A stretch of DNA of 53,934 nucleotides, filler included, from a bacterium (GCA_040757115.1; 11 parts of 11 records of this genome joined end to end with filler, not necessarily neighbours in it); one strand, 5' to 3'; shown: positions 22,301 through 31,761, counted from the first letter of the whole stretch. Program-made: numbers and translations. The notes: generated from the sequence alone by a model not told the origin.

Positions 22301-25300
22301 CCTTATGCCTTTGTCTGTCTTGAGGCTTTATTAGCCCTTTTTGAATTAGAGGCGAAAGAAGAATATCTTATTCGGGGTAAAGTTGTTAGTTTTTCAAATA
22401 AAACGCCGATTGAAGGTGTTCTGATGACACTTTCTGGCACTACCTTTGATATATTTACTACGGGTGCAAATGGTTATTATGAATTTAAAGGCACACCAGG
22501 GGGAACTTATACCATTACTCCATCTAAAACCGAATATGTATTTTATCCAAGAACAATTAAACCTTTAAATACTCATTATGATAATTTTGATTTTGAAGGT
22601 TATTGTGGCAAGATTACCTCTGTTTCACCTGTTGCCGGGACAATAGGAATTCCTATCACGATTACTGGTGAAGGATTTACAGAGGAGGAAATTCGAATAA
22701 GTTTTGGGGGCGTTATTACGGTGATGATGATTAAATCCAGTCCTCTGGGAACATTTACGGCGATTTTTACTGCTCCTGCCCAGCCCTCCGCAACGATAAC
22801 GATTACGGCGTATGGAAGTATTTCAACAATGGTTGGGATTAATTATTTCTTCCTCAAGGCGTTACACCATTTTACCATAGGCACAATTACCTCACAAATA
22901 GCCGGGAAAGGTTTTGAGATTTTTATCAGTAGCCTCGATGCCCACAATGACATTTTTGAATATAGTGGCACGGCGACATTGACAGATGACTCGATGACCA
23001 TCTTTCCTTCTGAAACAACACCTTTTAGTGCAGGTAATTGGAGTAGCAATGTGCTGATTACTAAAGTCGGCACAACCACGATTAAGGTTTTAGCTGAAAA
23101 TAAAACAGGCATAAGCAATTCTTTTCTTGTTAGCCCGGCACCAATAAATAAATTAGTTTTTGTTACATCCACTCAGACTATTACCGCGGGCAGTTCCACT
23201 GCCTTCATTCTTTTTCAGACACAGGATGAATTTGGTAATCCATCACCGACTCAAGCTGATGTCCAGATTCAACTTTTGAGTTCGAGTTTAAAGGGTCAAT
23301 TCTCTCTGACCAAATCTCCCTGGCTACCTACAAATACTATCACACTTGCCTCAGGAACCGATACAGGTGGATTTTATTATTTAGATACATTGGTTGGAAC
23401 ACATACGATTATAGTCAAAGATGGAGTCTGGGTAGCTGGGACTCAATCTGTCATTGTTAATCCTGCGGTGATTGACCATTTTACATTTCAGACCATCACC
23501 ACACAAACCGCAGGTCAAGAATTTCAGATTCAAATTCAAGCCGTAGATGTTTTTGAGAATCTTGTTAATTTTAACGGAACGGTTAGTTTGACGGACACAT
23601 TCCCCGGGATAGCGACATTTACCGCCGGTATCTCGCAGGCATCTGTGACGATAACAAAAGCAGGGACGACTTCCATATTTGCTTTATTTGAGAGTAAGTC
23701 TGGCACCAGTAATCCTTTTTGGGTAAATCCAGCTGAATTTTCTCAGTTGACCATTGGCACGATTACCTCACAAATCGCCGGTCAGCCATTTACGATTAAA
23801 ATAACGGCTCTGGATGTCTATGGGAATATAGCCACATACAGTCAAACTGCGGATTTAAAGGCAGAAACTACCTCCCAAATTACCTTTACTCAAGGTATCT
23901 ACGAAGGCACGCTAACCATAACAAAAGCAGGCACAACCACTGTTTACTGTTCGGGGTTCATTAATTACTTTATCTCCGGTACAAGTAATCAATTCTTTGT
24001 TAGACCAGCTGTCTTAGACCACTTTGCCTTCGGGACTATCTCCTCTCAACAGGCAGGGATTGAATTTGAGATTGAGATTACAGCCTTTGATGCCTACAAA
24101 AACATTGCTACTTACACGGGTATTGCCTATCTAAATATTTTACCCTATCAAACTAATCCTTTTACCAATGGATTTTGGAAAGGAACCGTGACGACAACTA
24201 AATCAGGCACAACAACGATTATTGCCTTTATTGACAATAAACAGGGCACAAGTAATGATTTCTGGGTTAGCCCGGCAGATTTAGACCATTTCTCCTTTGC
24301 CACGATTACCGACCAGATTGCAGGACAGGGATTTGGAATTACCATTATTGCCAGGGATATTTATGAGAACATCACCAATTATAATGATAAAGTTAAATTA
24401 CAGGATATTTCAAATACCCTTATAGGCACATTAACCGATAATTTTAAACAAGGTTTATGGCAAGGGACGGTGAGTATAACCAGAGCAGGCACTACCTGTA
24501 TTTTTGCTACCTCAAATGGTAAGAACGGAACAAGTAATACCTTTTCTGTTAACCCGGATGCCCTCAATAAAATCGTCATTAGCCCACCGGAGAAGGTATT
24601 AGGGATAGAAGATGAATGTCAGTTTAATGCCTCTGGATTTGATAAATATGAGAATGAGATACTCGGATTAGATTACACCTGGCAGACAATAATTGGCAAT
24701 GTTAATCCTTCGGTAGGCAGATGGACATTATTTAAAGCTGGAATTATACTCACTACCGGAACATTAACCGCAAGTTACGGGCCAATTATTGGCTATGCCA
24801 CGATTACTGTGGAAAGTGGCACCTTAAGTTATATAATCATTACGCCGTCAATAACCACAATGGTTGTTGGAGAAAGTAAAATATTTTTCGCTACCGGCTA
24901 TGACAAATATGAAAATGAGCAGGTAATCGAAGGGGGGTTTTGGGAAATAGAGAATGGAATAGGTAATATTTCTCCATCTATGGGCACATGGACAAAATTT
25001 ACTGCAGGTTTAAAAGCCGGTTGTGGCAGGTTAAAATACCAGTTAAATCAAGTATTAGCCTTTGCGACTATTACTATTTTACCAGGCACACATACCTGTT
25101 TTCAAATTGGCACTATTTCTTCTCCACAAATCGCCGGTGTGCCATTTGCCGCCACAATTACTGCCCAGGATGCCTACGGAAATATTATTGATTATACCGG
25201 AAGTGTGATTTTGACCATTTCTTCTGGCAAAATATCTCCGAATGCAGTTAATCTTACCTATGGGATATGGACAGGGACAATAACTTTGCTAAACTCGGCA

Positions 25301-26395
25301 GAAAATGTATTTCTCACGGTTCGAGATACAGTGAAAGGCACAAGTAATCTTTTTAGTGTTCAAGCCAATGTTTTTGACCACCTTAAAATAAGTGAGATTG
25401 GTCTGTCGCAATTGATTAATTCTCAAATTCCTATTGTCATCACTGCGGAAGATGTTTATGGAAATATCAACACAGATTTTAATGGGACTTTTAGCCTGAC
25501 AGATGATACGGGCACGATTGAGCCTGATGAAGGCTCTTGTATTTCAGGCAAATGGGCAGGTTCAGTAACTATCTCAAAGGCAAAACCTAATATCAGAATT
25601 ACCGTTATTTCTTCAAATAAGACCGGGATAAGTAATCTATTTACTACCCTCATCGATAATGATTTAAACATAACTCTTGTAGAGGAGAATACATCTATTG
25701 AGATACCGAGAGGGATTTTGCCAACAGATTTTTACATCGTTATTGATAAAGAACCTGAGGAAGAAGCAATGGAGATAAATATAGCCAATTCATTGTTATC
25801 CCATGACCCTACAGTGAAGGGGATAGCAGATTCATTACGGTTATTTCAGCCATATAATAAAGATAATAAGCCGATAGAAGTGGGGACTGATTCTTTTATT
25901 TTGATTTCCCTGCCTTATTTAGATGAAAATCAAGATGAGTTTGTTGATGTGCCTGATGCAAAAATACCTGAGATGTCACTTAAAATATATAAATTAGAGA
26001 CGGCAAGTCCTATCCGTTGGATAGAAGTCGAAGGTTGTTCGACAGTTCATCCTTATAAAAATATTGTTAGTGCCTATGTGCCGCGATTTGGTATCTATAT
26101 GTTACTTGGACAGATTATCCCTGAAAATCTTAATCTCATTGTTGTCTATCCCAATCCGTTCAAACCTATTCGTGGGGATAGGGAAATTATATTCGATGGT
26201 TTGCCTGTAAATACCTATATCAGAATATATGACATCTCTGGAAGTTTGATAAAGGAAATTCACGATGCCTCAACCAGTTATCCCTGGGATGTAAAAGATG
26301 CTTATGGACGGGATGTTCCCAGCGGTATCTATATTTATCTCATCACCAATGATAAAGGGATGAAAAAAACAGGCAAGATAGCGATTATCAGATGA
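19322..26395 (+). CDS. Giant secreted protein: thermonuclease (SNase) + lamin-tail domain + two probable (alpha/alpha)-barrel glycosidase-like domains + Ig-like repeats + FlgD/T9SS-CTD-like tail
   Basis: IDGDTI, VRLLSIDTPE and DDYGRLLA (SNase); FINEINPNP..AEFVELYN (LTD); SEATSQALLY and NAAIDDLRAI (GH8-like); repeated TITxQxAG/GTSNxF units; VYPNPF...SGIYIY...GKIAIIR tail. Confidence 0.8.
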   Translation: MKRVVIILAILLLLAKESTASLSDFLNPGSATQISGTVTSIIDGDTIKVEMSGTETTVRLLSIDTPELMDEPFAQTAKDFASQTLSTQPIQLFYSKNPTQQWDDYGRLLAVVVKDDEIFNLKLLEQGLAVRMFIFNDIIKFPAWEDVEIWARQQGLNIWSNINQKGIFINEINPNPAGTDTDAEFVELYNNTATAVDVSNWAFISIYNEFIIPAGTTIPANGYLIIARTDTASFKQIYTTTPPSTIIIDAGDNLILRNSYIPEEDLLIHLKADDKSYQDSLTYNLEWDNGDANDTGRTLERKSLSLTNVGDSEVGGVDDLNWDASLNLKGSPGESNIRDELDVASWIITCQRTTGAICTDDFQTKIIPYKANIAAMGLLEKGGYEGIVKKWIEWFFAHLEWGTIYDYLVQSDTEISIYPAEAEDRNLVTFFSLLKKYYQATFDVDFLKNYQSQLNEMGIWLLFVLQDFNDYLIWTNTNNGGERKLLINNAESYHGLKDLASLYFDLDFDDNLTQRDLFNSGAESIKQAINTELWNANSYYWEKDNLGNKTACNWATVYPDAVSQLHTILNNVNLPEDSISGGLYQTFSHFPPDTDFYAEVSYAASLMADTTNTELYQDSIMANVINQGYPSPWDVEDAGFYLLAENRLAEVEEIQPLINQPQELCQNFIDSRMLIPWGGIQAQFMNTAQPSQTDGVNHEVPSEATSQALLYAAATNDKAFFDEQFEILIDNHLSPKDVLVWKLKPNSEWWENNGGSYANAAIDDLRAIRGLLLAYDNFGDENYLNYARLLAAGLKSHNIEGNELRDYFAWNDGLENISQDVVLSYIDLATIKRLTEFDTGWETILQTNKNIMLGGTTTSGLFYHKYTSNQNQYYGMENSFINMIHSAWTAENLARYWKITADQECRTASTKFLDFAKNEYNTYGKIYGQYDINTGIHSVEYEDIAVYSIIARLAFILGDFEFASTLKKNKILNYQNKEIKSQTVGCFGFDWTNPYAFVCLEALLALFELEAKEEYLIRGKVVSFSNKTPIEGVLMTLSGTTFDIFTTGANGYYEFKGTPGGTYTITPSKTEYVFYPRTIKPLNTHYDNFDFEGYCGKITSVSPVAGTIGIPITITGEGFTEEEIRISFGGVITVMMIKSSPLGTFTAIFTAPAQPSATITITAYGSISTMVGINYFFLKALHHFTIGTITSQIAGKGFEIFISSLDAHNDIFEYSGTATLTDDSMTIFPSETTPFSAGNWSSNVLITKVGTTTIKVLAENKTGISNSFLVSPAPINKLVFVTSTQTITAGSSTAFILFQTQDEFGNPSPTQADVQIQLLSSSLKGQFSLTKSPWLPTNTITLASGTDTGGFYYLDTLVGTHTIIVKDGVWVAGTQSVIVNPAVIDHFTFQTITTQTAGQEFQIQIQAVDVFENLVNFNGTVSLTDTFPGIATFTAGISQASVTITKAGTTSIFALFESKSGTSNPFWVNPAEFSQLTIGTITSQIAGQPFTIKITALDVYGNIATYSQTADLKAETTSQITFTQGIYEGTLTITKAGTTTVYCSGFINYFISGTSNQFFVRPAVLDHFAFGTISSQQAGIEFEIEITAFDAYKNIATYTGIAYLNILPYQTNPFTNGFWKGTVTTTKSGTTTIIAFIDNKQGTSNDFWVSPADLDHFSFATITDQIAGQGFGITIIARDIYENITNYNDKVKLQDISNTLIGTLTDNFKQGLWQGTVSITRAGTTCIFATSNGKNGTSNTFSVNPDALNKIVISPPEKVLGIEDECQFNASGFDKYENEILGLDYTWQTIIGNVNPSVGRWTLFKAGIILTTGTLTASYGPIIGYATITVESGTLSYIIITPSITTMVVGESKIFFATGYDKYENEQVIEGGFWEIENGIGNISPSMGTWTKFTAGLKAGCGRLKYQLNQVLAFATITILPGTHTCFQIGTISSPQIAGVPFAATITAQDAYGNIIDYTGSVILTISSGKISPNAVNLTYGIWTGTITLLNSAENVFLTVRDTVKGTSNLFSVQANVFDHLKISEIGLSQLINSQIPIVITAEDVYGNINTDFNGTFSLTDDTGTIEPDEGSCISGKWAGSVTISKAKPNIRITVISSNKTGISNLFTTLIDNDLNITLVEENTSIEIPRGILPTDFYIVIDKEPEEEAMEINIANSLLSHDPTVKGIADSLRLFQPYNKDNKPIEVGTDSFILISLPYLDENQDEFVDVPDAKIPEMSLKIYKLETASPIRWIEVEGCSTVHPYKNIVSAYVPRFGIYMLLGQIIPENLNLIVVYPNPFKPIRGDREIIFDGLPVNTYIRIYDISGSLIKEIHDASTSYPWDVKDAYGRDVPSGIYIYLITNDKGMKKTGKIAIIR

Positions 26396-26423
26396 AGTCA
26401 TAGTGTCGTGTTGAGCAAATTCG

Positions 26424-26600
26424 GTAACTATTCAGCCACTGATTAACACGGATTAGCACGGATGAATAGCAGAGGGCAGAAGGCAGAGGGCAGAGGACAA
26501 CAGGAGAAAAACCCTTCAGCCTAATTACGGACACGGAAAACGGACACGATTTACGAATTTTCAGTGTTTCATCCGTGTCCATCTGTGGCTGAATAGTTGC
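26424..26600. mobile_element. GTAACTATTCAGCC...GGCTGAATAGTTGC element with a (GGCAGAR)n insert
   Basis: Terminal IRs; right half similar to 33680-33756. Confidence 0.8.
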
Positions 26601-26769
26601 CTTAAATCTTATCTGTAATCTTTCTCCATCATCCTTCTTTTTACTGAATAGTTACATTTTAAATTAAAGTGCCCATTCCTCCTTTCCTTTTGCGGGGTAG
26701 TCTTAACATCTTCCTCGTGTTTTCCTTTCTTACAACTCGCTTTATTTCCCTCTGCAAATTTCTTACCTT

Positions 26770-27105
26770 TCATCTCTCAAAAATTCTCCTTACCACATCA
26801 TATATCATTTTTATTTCTTCAATATCTCTTTTTCGCAGGAAAGCACTGATTTTACTAATGAGCTGTTCCTCCTTAATATTCTTTTCTGCTGCCCCAGAAA
26901 AAGAAAAAAGCTCTTTAATCTCAACCTTTAAGGCAGAAGCAATTTTTTCAAGTCCTTCTAGAGAAGGAGCCCGTTGACCTCTTTCTATTAGTCCAATAAA
27001 GTTATCACTAAAGTCAGTGAGTTCAGCAAGTTTAGATTGACTCATATTCATTTGTTTCCTTAATTCAAAAATTCTTAACCCAAGTTGTCTTTTAATATAA
27101 CTCAT
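26770..27105 (-). CDS. XRE-family HTH transcriptional regulator
   Basis: LRKQMNMSQSKLAE...IERGQRAPSLEGLEKIASAL. Confidence 0.9.
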   Translation of the reverse strand: MSYIKRQLGLRIFELRKQMNMSQSKLAELTDFSDNFIGLIERGQRAPSLEGLEKIASALKVEIKELFSFSGAAEKNIKEEQLISKISAFLRKRDIEEIKMIYDVVRRIFER

Positions 27106-27437
27106 CAGTTTGTCTCCACCTTGTTTGTTATAGTATATGATATTTTTTAAAAAAATAATACAAACTGAGAGCGTTGCAAATAAGATTGGGATTTAATGCA
27201 GGTTTTATTTAGTAATGGAGAGATAGAACTTGCCAAAGTAGGAAAAGAGATATAAAATTGGAACTTGACATCAAAGGAGGGTGTAGAATTAGGGAGTTAT
27301 GGATTTGGTAGTAGCGTGAGAGGGCCTAATGTTTTGGATAAAATAAGTCGATAAAGATAACAGAAGTAAGTCTAAATTCTTTAGGAGGGGAGTAATGAAT
27401 ACAAAAGAGGACTTCTGTTATCAGGGTATTTCATTTC

Positions 27438-27564
27438 TGTCAATGGCAATTGAAAACTGAGCCATTTTTGGCAATTGAAAATTGACCCAGGGGGCTCCAA
27501 TAATCCATCAAATTTGGCAATGAAAATTGACCCACCCCCAAACGCATTTGTGTTACGAAATTTC
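27438..27564. mobile_element. IS21-family terminal region interrupting an ORF that starts at ATG 27395
   Basis: TGTCAA terminus followed by three GGCAATTGAAAAYTGASCC-type repeats. Confidence 0.75.
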
Positions 27565-27664
27565 NNNNNNNNNNNNNNNNNNNNNNNNNNNNNNNNNNNN
27601 NNNNNNNNTTAATTAATTAANNNNNNNNNNNNNNNNNNNNNNNNNNNNNNNNNNNNNNNNNNNN

Positions 27665-27948
27665 ATATGGAGATAAGATAATAGAAATAGATTGAAATTT
27701 ATAGAAATAGGTAGAAATTGATTGTGGAAAACAACAAATTTCTATAAATTTCTATTAGTTTCTACTAATTTCAATTTTTTTAATAATATCTTCCTATCTT
27801 CTTAATCTCCACATCTCCTTTTGTTACACCACCTGAACGCTTACGAAAATTGAGCATAGAGATTAGAGATTGGAGATTAGAGATTAGCAAGAGTGCAGGT
27901 TCTAATTCACTAATTCTCTAATCTCTAATTAACTATTTTTCAGGAGAA
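27665..27948. mobile_element. Right part of a ...CCTGAACGCTTAC element plus a (GAGATTA)n/(CTAATTC)n hairpin ending TTTTCAGGAGAA
   Basis: 27723-27844 is near-identical to 30998-31119. Confidence 0.8.
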
Positions 27949-27952
27949 GGAC

Positions 27953-28672
27953 TTGCATAATTTAAAAGATGAGATAGAACATGGCAAACGAATCTCAGAT
28001 AAAGCAGAATTTATCTGGGGGCAGGCAACTAAAGCTGGCCAGTTAAGGGTAGAACGCAGAAGTTATCTCTTAACATCATTAGCAGAAATTAATACGGCTG
28101 AAAAAACCCTTGAATTAGGCTGTGGCACTGGTGAATATACATCAAGATTATCACCATCTTCAAAAAAGATAATTGCCATTGATATTTCATTACCATTAAT
28201 CCAGCAGGCAAAACAAAAATTACCAGATGTCAATTTTATCATTGCCGATGCTGAGAATTTACCATTTAAAGAAGGTATTTTTGAGGCGGTCGTTGGGAAT
28301 GCCGTTTTACACCATCTTAATTTAGACAAGGCATTAGAAGAGATGAAACGGGTCTTAAAACCAGGTGGTAAAATCGCCTTTACTGAACCAAATATGCTTA
28401 ATCCACAAAATCTCGTTGTCAAGAATATAAAATTCATCAAAAAATTAGTGGGTGAATCGCCTGATGAACAAGCATTCTTCAGATGGCAAATATCACGAAT
28501 CTTGATAAATAAAGGATTTAATGATGTCGTGGCAAGACCGTTTGACTTTTTACATCCAGTTACGCCGACACCATTGATTTCGCTTGTGAATATTGTGGGT
28601 AAGTTATGCGAAAAGATGCCCATAATCAAGGAGATTGCCGGCTCGCTGATGATAAAAGGAAATAAGCAGTAG
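27953..28672 (+). CDS. Class I SAM-dependent methyltransferase
   Basis: LELGCGTG, ADAENLPF and RVLKPGG motifs. Confidence 0.88.
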   Translation: MHNLKDEIEHGKRISDKAEFIWGQATKAGQLRVERRSYLLTSLAEINTAEKTLELGCGTGEYTSRLSPSSKKIIAIDISLPLIQQAKQKLPDVNFIIADAENLPFKEGIFEAVVGNAVLHHLNLDKALEEMKRVLKPGGKIAFTEPNMLNPQNLVVKNIKFIKKLVGESPDEQAFFRWQISRILINKGFNDVVARPFDFLHPVTPTPLISLVNIVGKLCEKMPIIKEIAGSLMIKGNKQ

Positions 28673-28776
28673 TTGGNNNNNNNNNNNNNNNNNNNNNNNN
28701 NNNNNNNNNNNNNNNNNNNNTTAATTAATTAANNNNNNNNNNNNNNNNNNNNNNNNNNNNNNNNNNNNNNNNNNNN

Positions 28777-29315
28777 TTAATGTGGGTGGATCAGGAGGGC
28801 TACTTGGTCCATTAGTAAAATTCCATTCCGAAGACCATGAACTCCAGCCTAATGAATTACCTGCCTTCACTCGCCACCAGTACTGAGTGCCATTATCCGG
28901 AAAGCCAGTTATGTTTACTCCTATATAATTTCCAATAGTTTTATCAAACACAAGTTTAGTAAATCCGCTGTCTAATGATACCTGTAACCAATAATTATTT
29001 GCTCTGGGGGAAGGATTCCATCTGAATTGAACTACAGTTCCAGGAGCATTAGAACCATTTGGAGGAGAGCTTAATGTGGGTGGATCAGGAGGGCTACTTG
29101 GTCCATTAGTAAAATTCCATTCCGAAGACCATGAACTCCAGCCTAATGAATTACCTGCCTTCACTCGCCACCAGTACTGAGTGCCATTATCCGGAAAACC
29201 AGTTATGTCTACTCCTATATAATTTCCAATAGCTGACGATTTCACTTGCTATTGTTGATAACCCTATATTATTTAGTAGCAATGCTACAGCAATTATAGA
29301 TAAAATCTTTTTCAT
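28777..29315 (-). pseudogene. Secreted Fn3-like repeat protein, frameshifted or internally deleted, cut by contig edge
   Basis: Signal-peptide ORF from ATG 29315 (MKKILSIIAVALLLNN) is out of frame with 98-aa repeats (YWWRVKAGNSLGWSSWS; DNA period 294 bp). Confidence 0.6.
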
Positions 29316-29355
29316 TTACTCTCTTCCCCTTTATTTTGAGAGTAGCAAAAATTTT

Positions 29356-29657
29356 CAACCTGTGAAATAGGTCGAATTTTTTTGTAAGCTGATTAAACAG
29401 ATTACATTTTTTTATTGTAAGCGGATTGAACGGATTGAGCGGAAAAAAATAAAAAAATCTGCTCAATCTGCTAAATCCGCTTACTATTAAATCCCCTTAC
29501 TATTAAAAATTTGTCGCACGGATTAAACGGATTTATTTATTTTTTCCCATTTTTTTCCGCTTAATCCGCTTACTCACTTAATCTCCCTATCTCCTTTTCG
29601 GACACCAAGTAGAGTGGTATAATTTTGTTTTCCCAGGTCGACCTATTTCACAGGTCG
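29356..29657. mobile_element. CGACCTGTGAAATAGGTCG-family MITE with (GCGGATTRA)n arms and 7-bp TSD AAATTTT
   Basis: Direct repeats at 29349-29355 and 29658-29664; inverted copy at 29925-30240. Confidence 0.85.
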
Positions 29658-29736
29658 AAATTTTTTCTTTACATTTATCTACAAAATATGGTATAATAAA
29701 TTCCGAACTTTGGAACTTAACGGATGGAGGTGAATT

Positions 29737-29787
29737 ATGTGCAGAATTATAGCCATTGCTAATCAAAAAGGTGGTTGTGGAAAAACG
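29737..29787 (+). CDS. ParA/Soj-family ATPase, N-terminal fragment
   Basis: MCRIIAIANQKGGCGKT; GGAGGTG SD; TTTACA-18-TATAAT promoter at 29668-29697. Confidence 0.8.
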
Positions 29788-29924
29788 NNNNNNNNNNNNN
29801 NNNNNNNNNNNNNNNNNNNNNNNNNNNNNNNTTAATTAATTAANNNNNNNNNNNNNNNNNNNNNNNNNNNNNNNNNNNNNNNNNNNNCCGACCCTTACTT
29901 ATACCCACACAGGTCGAAACTTTT

Positions 29925-30240
29925 CGACCTGTGAAATGAAAGAAATGAAATAGGTCGACCTGGGAAAACAAAATTATACCACACTACTTGGTGTAAGAAA
30001 AGGAGATAGGGAAATTAAGTGAGTAAGCGGATTAAGCGGAAAAAATGGGAAAAAATAAATAAATCCGTTTAATCCGTGTGACAAATTTTTAATAGTAAGG
30101 GGATTTAATAGTAAGCGGATTTAGCAGATTGAGCGGATTTTTTTTATTTTTTTCCGCTCAATCCGTTCAATCCGCTTACAATAAAAAATGTAATCTGTTT
30201 AATCAGCTTACAAAAAAAATTCGACCTATTTCACAGGTCG
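29925..30240. mobile_element. Second copy of the CGACCTGTGAAAT MITE, 7-bp TSD AACTTTT
   Basis: Direct repeats at 29918-29924 and 30241-30247. Confidence 0.85.
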
Positions 30241-30315
30241 AACTTTTTGTTGACACATCCTCAATTCCGTGGTAAAATATTTCGTAAATAACCCAAAGAG
30301 GAGGTAATATCCAAA

Positions 30316-30897
30316 ATGGCAAAAAAACAGATACCGGTCAGTAAAATAACCCTCCTGCTCCTGATAGGGGCTATGGCTATGTCCTGTCCAGCCCCATCCC
30401 TGGCAGCACCATCTCTTCCTGATTCGCCCATCATCGAGATAGACACAGGCGGGCATAAGGCAAAAATCAATGATATTTTCTTCACCAATGACGGTAAATA
30501 TCTTGTATCTGCCTCTGATGACAAGACCGTGCGGGTATGGGATATACATACCGGCAAGACCGTCCGCATCATTCGCGGGCAGATTGGGCAAGGACATGAG
30601 GGTAAAATATATGCTGCCGCCCTATCGCCGGATAATAGATGGCTGTCCATGGGCGGATGGTTTACAGGGATGCCTGAAGAAAGGGATGCAATCCGCCTCA
30701 TCGATTTCAGCACAGGCAAGGTTAAACAACTGCTCAAGGGACACAGCAATGTTATTCTGGGGCTTGCCTTCTCATTTGATAGCAGGCTCCTGATTTCATC
30801 CAGCGCTGATACCACCGCCCGGATATGGGAGATAAAAACCGGCCAGTGCCTGCATACCTTGAAAGGACACAGCCAGTTTATCTATGCCGCTGCCTTT
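30316..30897 (+). CDS. Secreted WD40-repeat protein, truncated by contig end
   Basis: GH...SASDDKTVRVWD repeats; signal peptide; TTGACA(30250)-17-TAAAAT promoter. Confidence 0.88.
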
Positions 30898-31157
30898 NNN
30901 NNNNNNNNNNNNNNNNNNNNNNNNNNNNNNNNNNNNNNNNNTTAATTAATTAANNNNNNNNNNNNNNNNNNNNNNNNNNNNNNNNNNNNNNNNNNNNTGT
31001 GGAAAACAACAAATTTCCATAAATTTCTATTAGTTTCTATTAATTTCAATTTTTTTAATAATATCTCCCTATCTCCTTAATCTCCACATCTCCTTTTGTT
31101 ACACCACCTGAACGCTTACCAGAACTCTAAGAAGTTGAAAAAAATAGGAGGTTTTAG

Positions 31158-31760
31158 ATGCTTAAGATATTTTTAAATGGTGTATTTAATGAAAATCCTA
31201 TATTTAGATTAGCCTTAGCCTTATGCCCTTCTTTAGCCGTGTCTAATACGGCATTTAATGGATTGGGAATGGGTTTATGTGTTTTATTTGTGATTACTTC
31301 GTCAAATGTTATTGTCTCATTAGCCCGAAATGTTATTCACCATAAAATTAGAGTGCCGGCATATTTAACGATAATTGCTGTTCTGGTAACTTTAGTTGAA
31401 TCTTTCCTTCATGCCTATCTGCCGGCATTATATGCTTCCTTAGGTATGTTTATTGCCTTAATTGTTGTCTTTGCTATTATTTTAGCCCGAGCTGAGGTAT
31501 TTGCCTCTAAAAATCCGGTTGGAAAATCATTTCTGGATGGTCTGGGGATGGGAACAGGTTTTACCCTGGCAATGGTCGTGTTAGGAGTTATTCGTGAAAT
31601 TCTTGGTTCAGGGTCTATCTTTGGATATGATGTTATGGGACATAACTTTAAACCAGTATTGATGATGCTTTTCTCTCCCGGGGCATTTTTATTGGTCGGA
31701 CTATTAATGGGATTTTTTAATTGGTATGAGCGAAGGTTTACTCTACAGTGTAAAAAATAA
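31158..31760 (+). CDS. rnfE: Rnf electron transport complex subunit E
   Basis: ENPIFRLALALCPSLAV, ARAEVFASKN, REILGSG and PGAF motifs. Confidence 0.88.
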   Translation: MLKIFLNGVFNENPIFRLALALCPSLAVSNTAFNGLGMGLCVLFVITSSNVIVSLARNVIHHKIRVPAYLTIIAVLVTLVESFLHAYLPALYASLGMFIALIVVFAIILARAEVFASKNPVGKSFLDGLGMGTGFTLAMVVLGVIREILGSGSIFGYDVMGHNFKPVLMMLFSPGAFLLVGLLMGFFNWYERRFTLQCKK

Positions 31761-31761
31761 A

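Noticed and set aside
27307-27318. ops-like GGTAGTAGCGTG
   Set aside because: Two mismatches to GGCGGTAGCGTG, a single occurrence, and the downstream operon is not visible
28777-29232. DGR template/variable repeat pair
   Set aside because: Only two mismatches, not adenine-specific as a set; it is an in-frame domain repeat, and no reverse transcriptase is present
29356-30240. Large inverted repeat suggesting an invertible segment
   Set aside because: The two copies lie on different contigs separated by an artificial linker, and each has its own TSD
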